The notes under the pieces: generated by a model
Told to the model about the DNA's origin: nothing
Database searches by the model: none
Seen by the model: the letters and a program-made list of their open reading frames with translations, nothing else
Shown here: piece after piece, positions 13,790 to 27,192 of the stretch
How positions within the stretch are numbered: position 1 is the stretch's first letter
How the letters are laid out: the number at the start of each line of letters is the position of its first letter
From: Octopus sinensis
Lineage: Eukaryota
Direction of reading: 5' to 3'
Length of the DNA stretch: 64,000 nt
NCBI RefSeq assembly: GCF_006345805.1
Contig: NC_043014.1
Span: 19,654,001 to 19,718,000 of the forward strand
Position numbers and translations under genes: made by a program

Positions 13790-14345
13790 GCTTGTGGTGA
13801 TGGGCGTGGAGGCGGTGGAGTTAGCGGTGTATGTCGTCGACGTCGACGTCGTCGTCGTGTTGGGGTTAGGGGTCGCCGTGGTGAAGGTGGGGGTGGTGCT
13901 ACTGATGGCGGTGATGGTTGTGGTGGTTGTGGTTGTGGTGGTGGTGGTGGTGGTGGTAGAGATGTTTATTGTTATTGTTGACGCTGCCGTAGTTTTTTTT
14001 TCTTATAGTTTTTCCTGACGTTAGATATTTGTTGTGGCTGTTGTGGTTGTTGTTGGTGGTTAGAGGTGATGGTAGAAATGGTCGTGAACTTTTTGATGCC
14101 GGTTATAATGTTGATGATGACAATACTGCTGCTGCGGCTGCTGCTGCTGATGATGATGGTGATAATGACTGATGAGGATGATGGTAATGAGGAGGAAGGA
14201 ATGGATTTAATAGTGTTGCTATTCTAATAATGTTGTTCACGTTGATGATAATGATGATGATGATGATGCAGGTGGTGGTAGTAATGGTGGTGTTGTGCTT
14301 AGTGCCAGTGGTTTTGGTATTGTAGTTATCGTTATTGTTGTTGTT

Positions 14346-14381
<36 letters not shown>

Positions 14382-15997
14382 GCTGTTGTTAGGTGTTGTT
14401 AAGTTAATGCTGCGGTTTCTTGTGGTTAATAGTTACTGATGGCGGTGATAATGGTGGTGATGGTGGTGATGGTGGTGGTGGTGGTGGTGGTGGTGGTAGA
14501 AGTGTGTTGTTGTTTGTGTTGTTGTTGTTGTTGTTGTTATTGGTGGTGGGTGTCCTGGGTTGTCTTGGTGGTTAGGTAATAATTGCTCTTGTTCTTGTTG
14601 ATGATGATGATGATGGTATGTGTATGTGATGGCAGGGTGATGGCGGTAGCGGTAATGGTGACGGTGTTAACAGAGGCGATGACGGTGGTGACAATGATCA
14701 GTGTACCGGTTGTAGTAGTATCAACAGCAGAGTGTGACGGTAGTAGTGCATGTAATAGTGTATGAGGGGTAGTATTAGTGGTAGTGGTACTTGTAATGGT
14801 AAGAGCCGTGGCGATGGTACCAGTGGTGGTTAGAATGGCGGGGATAGTTGAGGTTGTTGCTATTGTGACTATGGTGCGGATGAGGGGTGGTGGCGACGGT
14901 GGTGGTGGTGGTGGTGCTAGTTGCGAATTCCCTTGTTGCTAGGTCAACCCTTTAAGAGTTGATGTGACCAGAGGCGTTCTAGTTGAGACCATCCCGTCTT
15001 TTATTTTCTATTTCTTCCTTTATTTATTTATTTACTTATTTATTTATTCATTTATCATTATTATTATTATTTTGTTTGTTTTGAAACAGTGTCCAAATCT
15101 TTTGAGACAGTAGTGCATGACGTGTAGAGATTTGGCTGCTATATCTAGCAGGTTAAATAACAGCATAAGTGACCGGTATCACCCTTTGTTTTTTTTACTT
15201 GTGATACTGGTAGAGGTGGCGTTTGTGGTACTGGGTGGAGGGGTAGTGCTGGTGGTGGCAATGGCGGTGGTTGCGATGGTGGTGGTGGTGGTAATGGTGG
15301 TTTTTGACAGAGACCGTATTGATGTAGTTGTGTTGGTGTCGCTGGTGCTTGTAGCCGTGGTCGTGGTCGTGGTGATGCTAAATCCGTTGTGGCTGGTAGC
15401 TAAGACTGATGATCACGGTAACACTTCTTTGAGTTGTTGTTGTTGTTGTTCTTGTAATTATTGTTGCTAATTCGACTTATTCCTGGTATCACTTTTCTTC
15501 TCCGTCCTATTGCTGTTATTGTTGTTGTCCTTCTTCCTGTCGTCGTCGTCGTCGTCGTTGTTCTTGTCGCTGTTGTCGTTGACACTTTTGTTGTTGTTGT
15601 TGTCAGTCTTGTTTTTGTTGTTGGTGGTGTTGTCTCAAGCGACGAGAGGGAGGCGGTGGTTGTAAGAAAGTGTGGCAAACACGTTGAGGAGAGGACGACA
15701 ACAGCAGCGACGGCAACGGCGCGGCGACAGCAACTATGATAATGATGACGGTGATGCTGAACCTGACGCTGACGAAACGACGGCAGAGAAGATGGCGATG
15801 ATGGTAATGTCAGCGGCGATGACTATATATACTAATGATGCTGACGATGACAGCGACTATGACACGACGACGAGGACGAAGACGATGATGAGAATGATGA
15901 TGACGATGATGATGATGATGACGATGATGATGATGACGATGACAGCGCCTATGACACCACGATGACGACCAAGACGAATGATGAGAATGATGATGAC

Positions 15998-16034
<37 letters not shown>

Positions 16035-16035
16035 T
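13790..16035. repeat. Decayed trinucleotide arrays (GTG/GTT/GAT/GAC)n
   Basis: Seen directly. They generate the poly-V, poly-T and poly-D ORFs in the track. Confidence 0.9.
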
Positions 16036-16479
16036 GGTAGCTGCTACAATCTCCGCCGCGATTCGAAAATACTCCGACGACACGGTGCTCCGACGTTCCA
16101 CTCCTCAGAAGATCACCGCCCACGCCAGCGCCCCTCTCATGCTCTCGCGCTTTACGTTCACCCTGTGACTCTTAAGCGTGTCTATCGGTATGTGTGTATG
16201 TGTGTCCATGTGTTTTAGCGAGCATGTGTATATCTCGCCACGTATGCTTGTGTGCGTGTGTGAGAGTGTACGCATAAACGTTTGAATATGAATTTATTCT
16301 CTAAATGTATGGGTCTATCTGTCTGTCTGTCTATCGTTATGTATGTATGCATGTGTGTGTGTGACTGTATGTATAAATGAATATATGTGCGTGTGTGCTT
16401 GTGTGTATTTGTGCGTGTGTGTCGCTTCGTTCATTGACAATTAGCTACCCTTCTCTTCCTCACACACCCTCACTCTTAC

Positions 16480-16542
16480 TCCTTCTCACTCTCTCTCTCA
16501 CTCTTTCTCTCCTTTTCTTGTTATTCTCTCCCAACCACCCTG

Positions 16543-16586
<44 letters not shown>

Positions 16587-16695
16587 AGTCACTGTCTCAC
16601 TAATTTCCTACCTACTATTATTCATCCCAATCTCTCTCTCTTTCTCCCTCTCTCTCCCTCACTCTTTCTCTCTCTCTCTTTTTCTCTCTCTCTCC

Positions 16696-16742
<47 letters not shown>

Positions 16743-17095
16743 TCTCTAAACTTCTAATCTATCTCGCTGTATTCCTGTGTCTTTGTCTTCCCATATTCAA
16801 CGCTCACACACTTTAAATCCTTCCGAGAGACCATCTTACACATTCTTTTTTCCTGTTACTTCATTTTCTCTCTCTCCTTTTCTCCCCCTATTAATCTTTC
16901 TCTCTCTCGCTCGCTCTCATGTACACACACACACACATGCACGCACAAACACACAACACGCGCTCATATATATCTGTTGCACACTCGCACATACCCATAC
17001 AAACTACATCTCTTATTCTTTCTCTCTCTCTCTAACACACATGCACACTCTTCCTCACGCATGCACACACGCCTTCTACCTCCCCTTCCTCACTC

Positions 17096-17150
<55 letters not shown>
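16480..17150. repeat. (CT)n / (CA)n / (CTGT)n simple repeats
   Basis: Seen directly. Confidence 0.9.
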
Positions 17151-17227
17151 ACCTTTGCAGAACACAATGCGGCGGCCTCACTTCCACATATGCATTGCCA
17201 TCGCTAGCCACCAACAGAACCACAGTA

Positions 17228-17228
<1 letters not shown>

Positions 17229-17281
<53 letters not shown>

Positions 17282-17584
17282 GCTGCTGCTGGTGCTGCTG
17301 CTGGTGCTGCTGCTGGTGCTACTCGTTCTGATGCTGCTGCCCCTGCTGCTGCTGCTGCAGCTAATACTAATACTGCTACTCCTAATACAAGCACTGTTTA
17401 TGGCAAGAGTTGGTAGTTACTGCTGCTGCTGCTGCAGTTTACTGCTTCGATCAACTGTAGGAAATATAGCAGCAGCAGCAGCAGTAGCAGCAACAGCGGT
17501 GGCGCCTGGGCTGAGCGTGGGGTGGGAGCTTATCCAACTACAGTCAGTGTACGACCACGATCACCAATGCAGATGTAACTGAAC

Positions 17585-17680
<96 letters not shown>

Positions 17681-17725
17681 TTATTGCTGCTACCACAACT
17701 ACTACTACTTCTACTGCTACCACAA
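17229..17725. repeat. (CTA)n / (CTG)n trinucleotide arrays
   Basis: Seen directly. Confidence 0.9.
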
Positions 17726-18015
17726 CTACTAATGTGGCTGCAGCTGTTTTGAAATATTGAAAAACAATTAATATTCTCATAGTGTAAAGGGGTATATTCT
17801 AAACAATTACACATTTATGATATGTGGTATAAGGGTGTACGGTCAGGAAGAAGTGTCACAACCACGTGGTGAAGATATCTTCCTAACTCAGAACGAACAA
17901 TAACTTTCAAAGACTATATTATAAACAGAAACACTTTCTCCCTGCCTTACTCATTCTGATTCTGTCTCTTCCATATGTATGTTTGTGTGTCTCTGTCTGT
18001 GTAAACATATATATA

Positions 18016-18072
<57 letters not shown>

Positions 18073-19728
18073 TATAAGAACGCAAAACATCCGGACAACT
18101 AGGTGATACAAAAAGGGACAACAAAACATCCAGATAGATGATACAAAAAAAAAACAAGGACGGGTCATTCGAAGCTTTGTATCCTCAGTCAAGAACTGGA
18201 CCATCCTCGAAATTTCGGCTGATTATTCTTGAGATTGCTCAAATCTGGCCAGCCCAAAGAAAAACTAAGCTAAGAGCATTAGATTGCTTGGAAGACAGCA
18301 TCAAATGTATACAAAAACAAGGACGGAAAAACAGACGATGTTACACGAATATAAACACTATAAATACAAATATAAAAACAATAAAAATGATAACAGGATA
18401 TAACAACAGTTGTCTTTCGATTGGGGACGAATTGAATTAAGCTGGCGCATGTAGAAATGAAGCCTTACGGCAGAGATACAAAGCTTTCAGAGACACAGGC
18501 AAGAGAGAGAGGGGGGGAGAGAGAAAGTGAGAGAGTTTTAGAAGTGATGTACAGATATTGTATATTAAGAATAATAAGGTCGTCAGAATATAATCATCCA
18601 ACATTCTGCTGACTACATTATCATGAGCATCTCTAAGGAACTAGGCAGACAAAATAAAATCCGGCTCATGGAAGGGCAAATGAACACACGCAAAAGCTGG
18701 AAAAAACCGCAAACAATAGACATAGACATGCTCCATATCTAATCAGTTATTGACCAAATATCACGATCTCGACACCTACATAAACACATAGATACATATT
18801 ATATGTGTGTATTTGTGTGTGTGTTTGTATGTCTGTCTCTATATGCCAGTAAACGTAAAACGGTGAAAACCAAATTAACCATGAGTTTATAAATGTTTAT
18901 CTTGTTGCCCAATCGAAAGTATTGTATCGTAGTAGGGAGCAACTTCTCCATATACAAAAGTGAAAGTAGAACGTCCGGTCCAAGAGATAGAATTAAACTT
19001 AGTCGACACAATGTTTCGGAGTAATAATCGTCTGTTCAGTAGTAGACAGACGCTGTCGAGTACTTTCGAACTAATACAAGGAAATGTTTCGTTCTCCCAT
19101 ATCGTTTATAAGGAAAATTAGATTATACGCCACTATACCCTACAACAGAGAGTTATTGTCACTTTGGATTTTGCAGAAACATCTTTGTGTTTGCATAAGC
19201 CTATGTGTATATGTACGAAAATGACCGTCGTTGTCAGGGGCGGATACAAGAGGGCTGATGAGGTGCACTCAAGAAAAGAAGTGCGCTTTTCTGAATAATG
19301 TTATTACGCCCGTTTTTTCATGGAATTGCATTGCCTGCTGACTTTGTGACCTCCCTTCGAAAAATTCCTGGGACCGGTCCTGGATGTTTTAATTCTAAAC
19401 AACTTAGGAGCCTATGTTGTGTACCGTTATATCCAGTGAGGAGAGCGACAAAATTAATCGAGAAAAATAAAAAAAATATCGGTATTGTCGAAAATAACCT
19501 TCCAAGTTGGAGCCTCATAATAACTGGAATAAAATAACTGAAACAAGTGATAGAATAATTTGTGTATCGGAATAAGAGCTGTGAGCGTGAGTGAGTGCTT
19601 CCCCAAAGGGAAACGCGAATAGATTAGATTGCAAACATACTTTTGTATTTAAAGTTATATCTATTTGTATATATATTCTTTCTATTACTCTATGTGTGTA
19701 ATATATATATATACATATACATATACAT

Positions 19729-19799
<71 letters not shown>

Positions 19800-20007
19800 A
19801 TATATATGTATATTTATATATGTATGTATGTATTCCTCTATTTACGTAATATCGTGGTCTCTTTCATTCATTTGTTGCCTTGCCATTTCTATCAATATAT
19901 ATATATATATATATGTACATGCATACATACATGCATACATACATGCATACATACATCCATCCATCCATGCATACATACATACATACATACATACTTGCAT
20001 ACATATA

Positions 20008-21533
20008 CAGTAGCGACCATAATATAAGGGTCAGTAATAACAAGTGTATTGAAATAGTTATTATAGATGACTAACAATACATTGAGACTAGCTATTTTAC
20101 AGATATTTAGATGTATCTAATATCTATCTTTCGTGAAAATTTCAAGTGAATGGAATAAATATTTCCTAAGTTATAAGGAAATAAACAGACAATCGTCCAA
20201 ATTGCAGAGGCCAAAAGTTAAGGGACACTAAGCAAAAATGACCTACTAACCAATGTATATGTTGTTTAGAACATATACATCGGTTAACAGTTACTTCTTA
20301 TGATCTTGCATTATTCGAACATTCAACTGTCAACATGGCGGCTTTCCTATGAGGAAAAACAAAGCATTGTGTGCCTTCACCAAGAGGGCAAATCAAATTC
20401 TACTACTGTAGGAAGGTCTAGAAGTGTTGTGCAACGAATTGTAGCTAGTTTTAAGCCACCAGGATGGGCAGATGCTAAACCCAAACCTGTAGATCTTTTA
20501 AGACTTCCCAAAGACAGGATCGTATTATGGGTAGAATGTCTCTGAAGGATAGGTTTAAAAGTGCTGCTGAGATATCCCGTGTGTTTAGCTCCACTTCCGA
20601 TGTCAACGCATCGCGCAAAACAGTTTCTCAGAGGTTCTGGGCTGCTTGTTCGGGCACCAGCATTCTGATCTCCAAGAAGAATCCGAGAACCCGTCTTCAT
20701 TTCGCTCACGATCATGTTGTTTGGACAGAAGAACAGTAGTCGCAGGTTCATTTTAGCGATGAATCGAAGATAATGTGATTGGTTCCAAGGGCGGGATGTT
20801 AGTCCGACGAGGAGTGGCGAATGTTTATCTCGTGCAAGTGTGAAAAAGACAATGAAATATGGAGGAGGCAGAGTAATAACATGGGAAGTGATTTCTGCTA
20901 GTGTTCCTGATCAATTTATTCGCCTACAAAGGAATGTCAATGCTGAAATCTACAAGCAGATTCTTAGACAGCATACCCTTCCACATCTCCGACCCCGTAA
21001 GTCCAACCTGTACTCTTCGTGCAGGACAACGCTGAGTGATGAAGGGGTTGATCTCATGGACTAGCCACATCAAAGTCCCGATCTCAATCCTTTAGAAAAC
21101 GTTTGGAAGATTATTGGAGATGAGGCGCGAAGGAGAAATCCAAAGAACCAAGATGAACGCTGGGAATTGTTCAAAAACGAAATTAATTCAATTCTGTGGT
21201 AACAGATGTTAGGAAGTCATTGAGAGTAAAAGGATGTTCACAAAATATTAATAGTAACGGTTTCTTTTTTTTTCTTTCCTTTTTTTTTGTTCTTGTTCCA
21301 TTTTTCATTGTATTCGTAGATGATCCTTAACTTTTGGCCGTTGCAGTTTGGAAGATTTTTTGTTTATTTCCTTACGAAATATTCATTCCATTCACTTGCA
21401 ATTTTCACGAAAGATGGATAGTAGATATGTCAGACTATATGTAAAATATCTAGTGTAAACGTTTTATTAATCTTCTATAATAACTATTTCAATACACTTG
21501 TTCTTACTGACCCGTATATTATGGCCACTATTG
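20008..21533 (+). mobile_element. Tc1-family DNA transposon, both ends present, transposase pseudogenised
   Basis: TA|CAGTAGCGACCATAATATAAGGGTCAGTAA ... TTACTGACCCGTATATTATGGCCACTATTG|TA. TIRs are ~215 bp (20008-~20225, ~21323-21533). Motifs: FSDES (20755-20766), KYGGG, QDN (21022-21030), SPDLNPLENVW (from 21074). Confidence 0.93.
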
Positions 21534-22066
21534 TATAAGAAGAAAAAGATAATAAAGACTGGGAAGTTAATGATTGTTTATTCTTAACAGCAAACTAAGC
21601 ATCATCCTTTACAGCTGTTTCAACTAATACTCAGTAAATATTAAGTAAATATTAAATTTATATGGCCTGAGCATAATATCTTCGGATGGAAGAAAATTTT
21701 ACCCTTGGATGTTTTGTGTGTGTTTATGGATTCATGATAGCAGACTTAATATATATATTAATCTTGAAACGTTGACGTACTCAAAACGATCTATGTACTT
21801 GTGATATTTTTCTGTATTTACCCCCAAACCTTCGTGAGCTGTCTGGAGTAAACATTATCTGAGAGAAATTTTCTTTAAGTAGTAGAAATGCTAAGAAAAA
21901 GATTTTTTAGCTGCTATTTCTACTAAGTTCAGTATGTGGCAAAGTAATTTATTTTACTTAGCCCTAATTATATAATGTAATATTTTGAATTAGCCTTAAA
22001 TGGTCCTTTTACATACTGAACACTTGGTGTGAAATTGATTAATTAATTAATTTTACCCTCAATTGT

Positions 22067-22122
<56 letters not shown>

Positions 22123-23454
22123 AGGGTATTATTAAAGTACCATCACGAGTGGTAAGCGAATTATCAGCCGTACAGGCAAATTAATAAAATATATACATAC
22201 AATATTAGATATGTATATATATATACACAAGGGTACTACAAGAGTACCTATATCGCTAAAGATAGAAGTCAAAAAAGAGTATATGTATATATATATATAT
22301 ATCTATATATATATATATGTATGTATGTATGTATGTATATTATATGTATATACTTTCATATGCACATGTACTCCCACGTATACAGAAATAATGTTGGAAT
22401 GGAGAATCTATAAGCATCACACACACACACACACACATACACATTTATACATATGTAAATTTATATACACTTAGCTTCCAATTGACACAAATATTTCTAC
22501 AAACATTTCCCATATTCGAAAAAGCTATTTTCCCTAATATATTTTGCATCAATGTATATGCGTTGTGTATATGTACGTCTCTGTGCATATGCGTATGCGT
22601 GTGTATATATCTATATGTCTAGTATTCTTGGGATCAATTTGTAGCAGCGTATTCAAAAGATGAATGACTGATGACTGCCGCATTGAATGGGTATTGTGTC
22701 TGTGTGTTTGAGAGCATGTGTATGTATGGGTATTTCTGTATATGTCAGAATATGCGATTGTGAGTGAATGTGTCTCAAACTGCATATATGGGTGTGTTTG
22801 CATGTGCGTGTCTCTATATATGGTTATGTCACTGAATGCGAGTGTGCTGGGCAATTTTCATACGGCTGTGAGCATGCGTCTTCTTTACATTTGTGTGATT
22901 CTGTCTGTGCGTGTGTTAGACCGTAGATGCACTTGTATATACCTGTCGCATGTGTATTATTCTATGCGTACTTTTGCTTACCTCGCGTATGTATGCGTAG
23001 GCTGCAGAATATCTATGTATGCGCTTGTATGCGTGTGTGTAGCTGTATTATTCTCTTGACGAGATATTTGCAATGCTAGGAAGGAAATAACACTCGCCAA
23101 GATCTATACAGAATAGCGTCTGCACTAACAAAGAACATAGGTATACTGGTATACTAATTTGCTATAGTATAGTTGTAGTCTACAGGTGCTACTATACGCT
23201 CAACTGTCGCGCTTCTATTATTCCAATGATATGTATTATATCGTAATGTGAATCGTGTTGTTACTTTGTAGCTGCTGTTGTTATTGTTGTTGTTGTTGTT
23301 GTTGTTGTTCTCCTTCTTGCTCTTGTTGTTCAGACACAGCTCAGACCTTATATCTGATACGTTTTATCAAGGACCTCAAAATAGTGGCCAACCAACATTT
23401 ATTGATTTATTTTTACATTTATTTAATTATTCGTTTATTTCTTTTTATTCTCCT

Positions 23455-23710
23455 ATTCTTTTATTTGTTTCAGACATTTGAATGCAGCCATGCTGGAGCA
23501 CATCTTTGAAAGATTTTAGTCAGACAAATCGACCCCAGGACTTATTTTTAAAGCCTAATCCTTATTCTTCTCAACCAATTTTATCGAACCGCTAAGTTAC
23601 GTACACGTAAACACACCAACACCGGCTATCAAGCGGTAATGGGAGGACAAACAGACAAAAAGACACATGTACACATAGATATATGCATAAACATATACAC
23701 ATAAATATAT

Positions 23711-23747
<37 letters not shown>

Positions 23748-23890
23748 ACGGACTTCTTTCAGTTTCCGCCTAACAAATCCACTCAAAAGGCGTTGGTTGG
23801 GCCGAGGCTATAGGAGAAGACACTTACGCAAGGTGCACCGCAGTGGGACTGAACCGAAAACCATGTGGTTGGGGAGCAAGCTTCTTAGCA
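23455..23890 (-). mobile_element. SINE family B, full-length with internal (CA)n
   Basis: tRNA-like head and CACCTTG..AAGTGTCTT core at ~23760-23890, and ..AAATGTCTGAAACAAATAA tail at ~23455-23660. Homologous to 28658-29745. Confidence 0.85.
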
Positions 23891-24266
23891 ATATATATTT
23901 GTTTATTCGTCCATCGTGATATAGAGTATCTAGAACTACATTTACCAGACCGTCTTTAAAATTTTGATGAAAAGATTTGGTTCGTATTTCGTACAAAATG
24001 TATTAGCGCTATCATTGATTGGAATACGCACATATGCGTATACATATACACTGATGCAAATATATGTATTCACGAGTGTGTATGTAAATAAAACATCGCA
24101 AAAACGGAAACTCAGTTCCACGTTCCCTTTCGTCGAGCAATTGTGATCAAGAATGTTTTTGCAGCTTTAATAAAAAGAAAAGCATATTACTCTCCCTCCG
24201 ATATTCTAGTAGCATTTTTATCCACCTTGATTCGCTTACTTATGTGTGTGTGTGTGTGTGTGTATA

Positions 24267-24272
24267 ATAATG

Positions 24273-24340
<68 letters not shown>

Positions 24341-24376
24341 CATAATAATCATAATAATAATAATAATAATAATAAT
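24267..24376. repeat. (TAA)n tract at the 5' junction of the Dong-like LINE
   Basis: Seen directly. Confidence 0.95.
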
Positions 24377-26328
24377 TTCCCTGTGATTTCAAGCTTCCTG
24401 AAGCACAATATGTCGTTGTGGAATACGAATCTCCAATTGTACCACTCTAATGGAGTACTTGCCTCAGAAATATAAAACATCAACTATGGAATTTTTCAAG
24501 GGACTCACTTTCACCTTTAATATCTGCATAGCCCTAATACCCCTACAAGTGAATTAAACAGAACAGGGTATGGGTATAAAATTGCCAATAAAAAATAAGC
24601 CATCTATTTTATATGGATGACTTAAAACTTTATGGTAAAGACAATAATGAACTTGAAGGCCTATTGCGCACCGTGAAAGCATTCAGCGATGACATCGGGA
24701 TGGAGTTTGGACTTGAGAAGTGTGCCAAGGCCACTTTCCAGAAAGGGAAAGTGAAGACCACAAATTCAGTCGTGTTAGATGTTGACACAGTCATAAGAGA
24801 GCTTGAGCAAGAACAAACATACAAATACTTAGGGATATATGAAGGCTCTGGTATTCAGCATGCAAGCATGAAAGAGAAAATCAGGAAGGAATGTTATAGG
24901 AGAGTTCGTGCAGTCCTGAAATCTGAACTAAATGCACGTAACAAGGTGTTAGCTATAAATTCCTTAGCAGTTCCAGTTGTTACTTATAGCTACAATGTGT
25001 TGAACTGGAATATGAGTGAAGTAAAGAATATAGATAGGAAAATACGCAAGCTGCTGAGTTGTAATAGGATGCACCACCCAAAGGCAGACGTAGATCGCCT
25101 TTACCTTCCCAGAGCCCAAGGAGGTCGAGGCCTGATCCAATTTGAACTAGCTTACAAAGCAACCACAATTGGACTGGCCAAATATCTCGAAATATCGAAT
25201 GACTGGATGCTAAAGCTCGTTGAACATCACGAGTGACGAAAGAAGCTTCATTCTATCATAAAGGAAAGCAAAAAATTTGCTATTGATCTCGTGCAGGATA
25301 CCCAAACTGAACAACCCGAGGGAAGTACGGCAACTATTGTTGCAAAGAAGGTGAAAATGATGGCAATGAAAAAAGCGCACGAGCAATTGGCTGATAGGTG
25401 GGAGGAGAAACCTCTGCACGGCAAATATGTGACCCGCAGCAAACAAGCTGATGTTGACCAGAAGCAAACCCATCAGTGGCTACGGAGCTCAGGGCTAAAA
25501 GCAGAGAGCGAAGTTTCATCCTGGCTGCTCAAGATCAAAGCCTATTAACCCGGAACTACCAGGCCAATGTGATGAAAAATGGAGCAGACCCAAAATGCCG
25601 ATTCTGCAACGACATGATTGAAACAGTGGACCACCTAATCTCTGGATGTAAAGTCTTAGCACAGTGGAGTATAAATTAAGACATGACAGAGTTGGCCAAT
25701 ATCTCCACTGGCTAATAAGTCGGCATTACAATATCAAAACTGCCGACAAGTGGTATAATCACCACCCTGAGGCTGTAACTGAAGGAGAAAATGTAACATT
25801 CTGTGGGACTTCCCAGTACATACAGACCGAACCATCAAGGCCAATAAACCAGATATTGTTGTGAAAGACCAAAACAATAAAGTTTGCTTATTGATCGACA
25901 TGAGCATCCCTGTGATCATAATATCTCAGCGAAGAGTTTGACAAGCTCAGAAAATAACAGACCTACTCATTGAAATTGAGAAAATGTGGCATCTCAAGGC
26001 GGTTACAATACCAGTGATCGTAGGAGCACTAGGAATGATCAAGAAGGGAACCGAAAATTATATGAGAATGATCCCTGGCTTACCATCCCTGCAAGAAGTG
26101 CCAAAGATTGTCTTAACTGGTACATCACACGTATTGAGAAGTGCATTGTCGATGTGAGAACTGTTGCTGCTCATGTATTTTAATTTAACTTAAAAAAAAA
26201 AAAAATGAACGAACTACTGAGTTTGGGTTAAATGGCCTACCAATGTATACTATGAGTTTCTTTGCCTAGGAGTCGGGAAGACACTCGGCAAGAAATGGAA
26301 GCAAATTTGAAAGAAGAAAAAAAAAAAA

Positions 26329-26330
<2 letters not shown>
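24377..26330 (+). mobile_element. R4/Dong-clade RLE non-LTR retrotransposon, 5'-truncated, with frameshifts
   Basis: Motifs GIFQG, YMDD (24610-24621), FGLEKCA, LYLPRAQGGRGL, CRFC..ETVDHLISGC (25596-25649), RHDRV, KPDI (25846-25857). Stop at 26155-26157, then a 3' UTR and poly(A) to 26330 followed by (TAA)n. Confidence 0.95.
24613..25236 (+). pseudogene. Longest open segment of the Dong-like ORF (RT C-terminal part and thumb)
   Basis: 207-aa ORF in the track. The frame continues past an in-frame TGA at 25234-25236 (HE*RKKLHSIIKES). Confidence 0.9.
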
Positions 26331-26362
<32 letters not shown>

Positions 26363-26409
26363 TGTAGCAGCAAATGCATGAAACCTCGATATTAGAGAAA
26401 TAGATTATT

Positions 26410-26610
26410 TATATATGTAACAGATCGTCATTATAGTACTCTGAGTTTGGAATTATGGAGTGAAGAGCTACTATACATTCTTGTCGGCTGTTAATGGCAA
26501 CAGAGGCAACGAAAACCGTTAAATAAAAGGGAAATAACTCTAATAGATGAAAATGCCAAAAAAAAAAGATGAAAATATATAAAAATTTATAATATATATA
26601 TAAAATATAC
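26410..26610 (-). repeat. Dispersed repeat family E
   Basis: Reverse complement aligns by eye with 28075-28280 over ~200 bp. Confidence 0.7.
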
Positions 26611-26891
26611 ACACAACCATATTCGCACAACATATAGACATAAACATCCTGTGTTCACAACGTCTACATACGTACATACTCACAAAAACATGAATACGTA
26701 CATGCACATACACACTAACATATATATATGTATGAGCTCATACACACATATAAACACACGCACACATGTATGTATGTGTGTGCGTGTGTGTGTCTGTGTG
26801 TGTGTATCTGTGTGTGTATGTGTGTGTGTACATATATACGCAACCTCATCCTCACATACAGATAGGTGCTTACATGCATACACGTAACATA

Positions 26892-26934
<43 letters not shown>

Positions 26935-26941
26935 CATATAC

Positions 26942-27004
<63 letters not shown>

Positions 27005-27065
27005 TAGATAGATAGGATGATAATAGATAGATAGATAGATAGATAGATAGATGAAGATAGATAAT

Positions 27066-27122
<57 letters not shown>

Positions 27123-27192
27123 CAGACAGATATAAATAGATATATTACATTTCTAAATATCTCAGAGAGATATATGCAGTAGTGGTACGATA

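Noticed and set aside
13636-14000. About 115 open codons on the minus strand giving a Thr-rich, mucin-like peptide, with a GTAGGT donor-like site near 13650
   Set aside because: It is mostly antisense of decayed (GTG)n, where open frames are expected by chance. I found no acceptor or recognisable domain.
18998-19045. Minus-strand CTGAACA...CTCC-GAAA-CATTGT-GTC
   Set aside because: G8 is mutated and stems I and II do not pair. It may be a very old hammerhead but cannot be supported from one copy.
19250-19290. CTGATGA followed by GAAA
   Set aside because: No stem III, NUH or stem I can be formed.
25234-25236. In-frame TGA in the Dong-like ORF as possible readthrough
   Set aside because: The element has several frameshifts, so an ordinary nonsense mutation is the simpler explanation.
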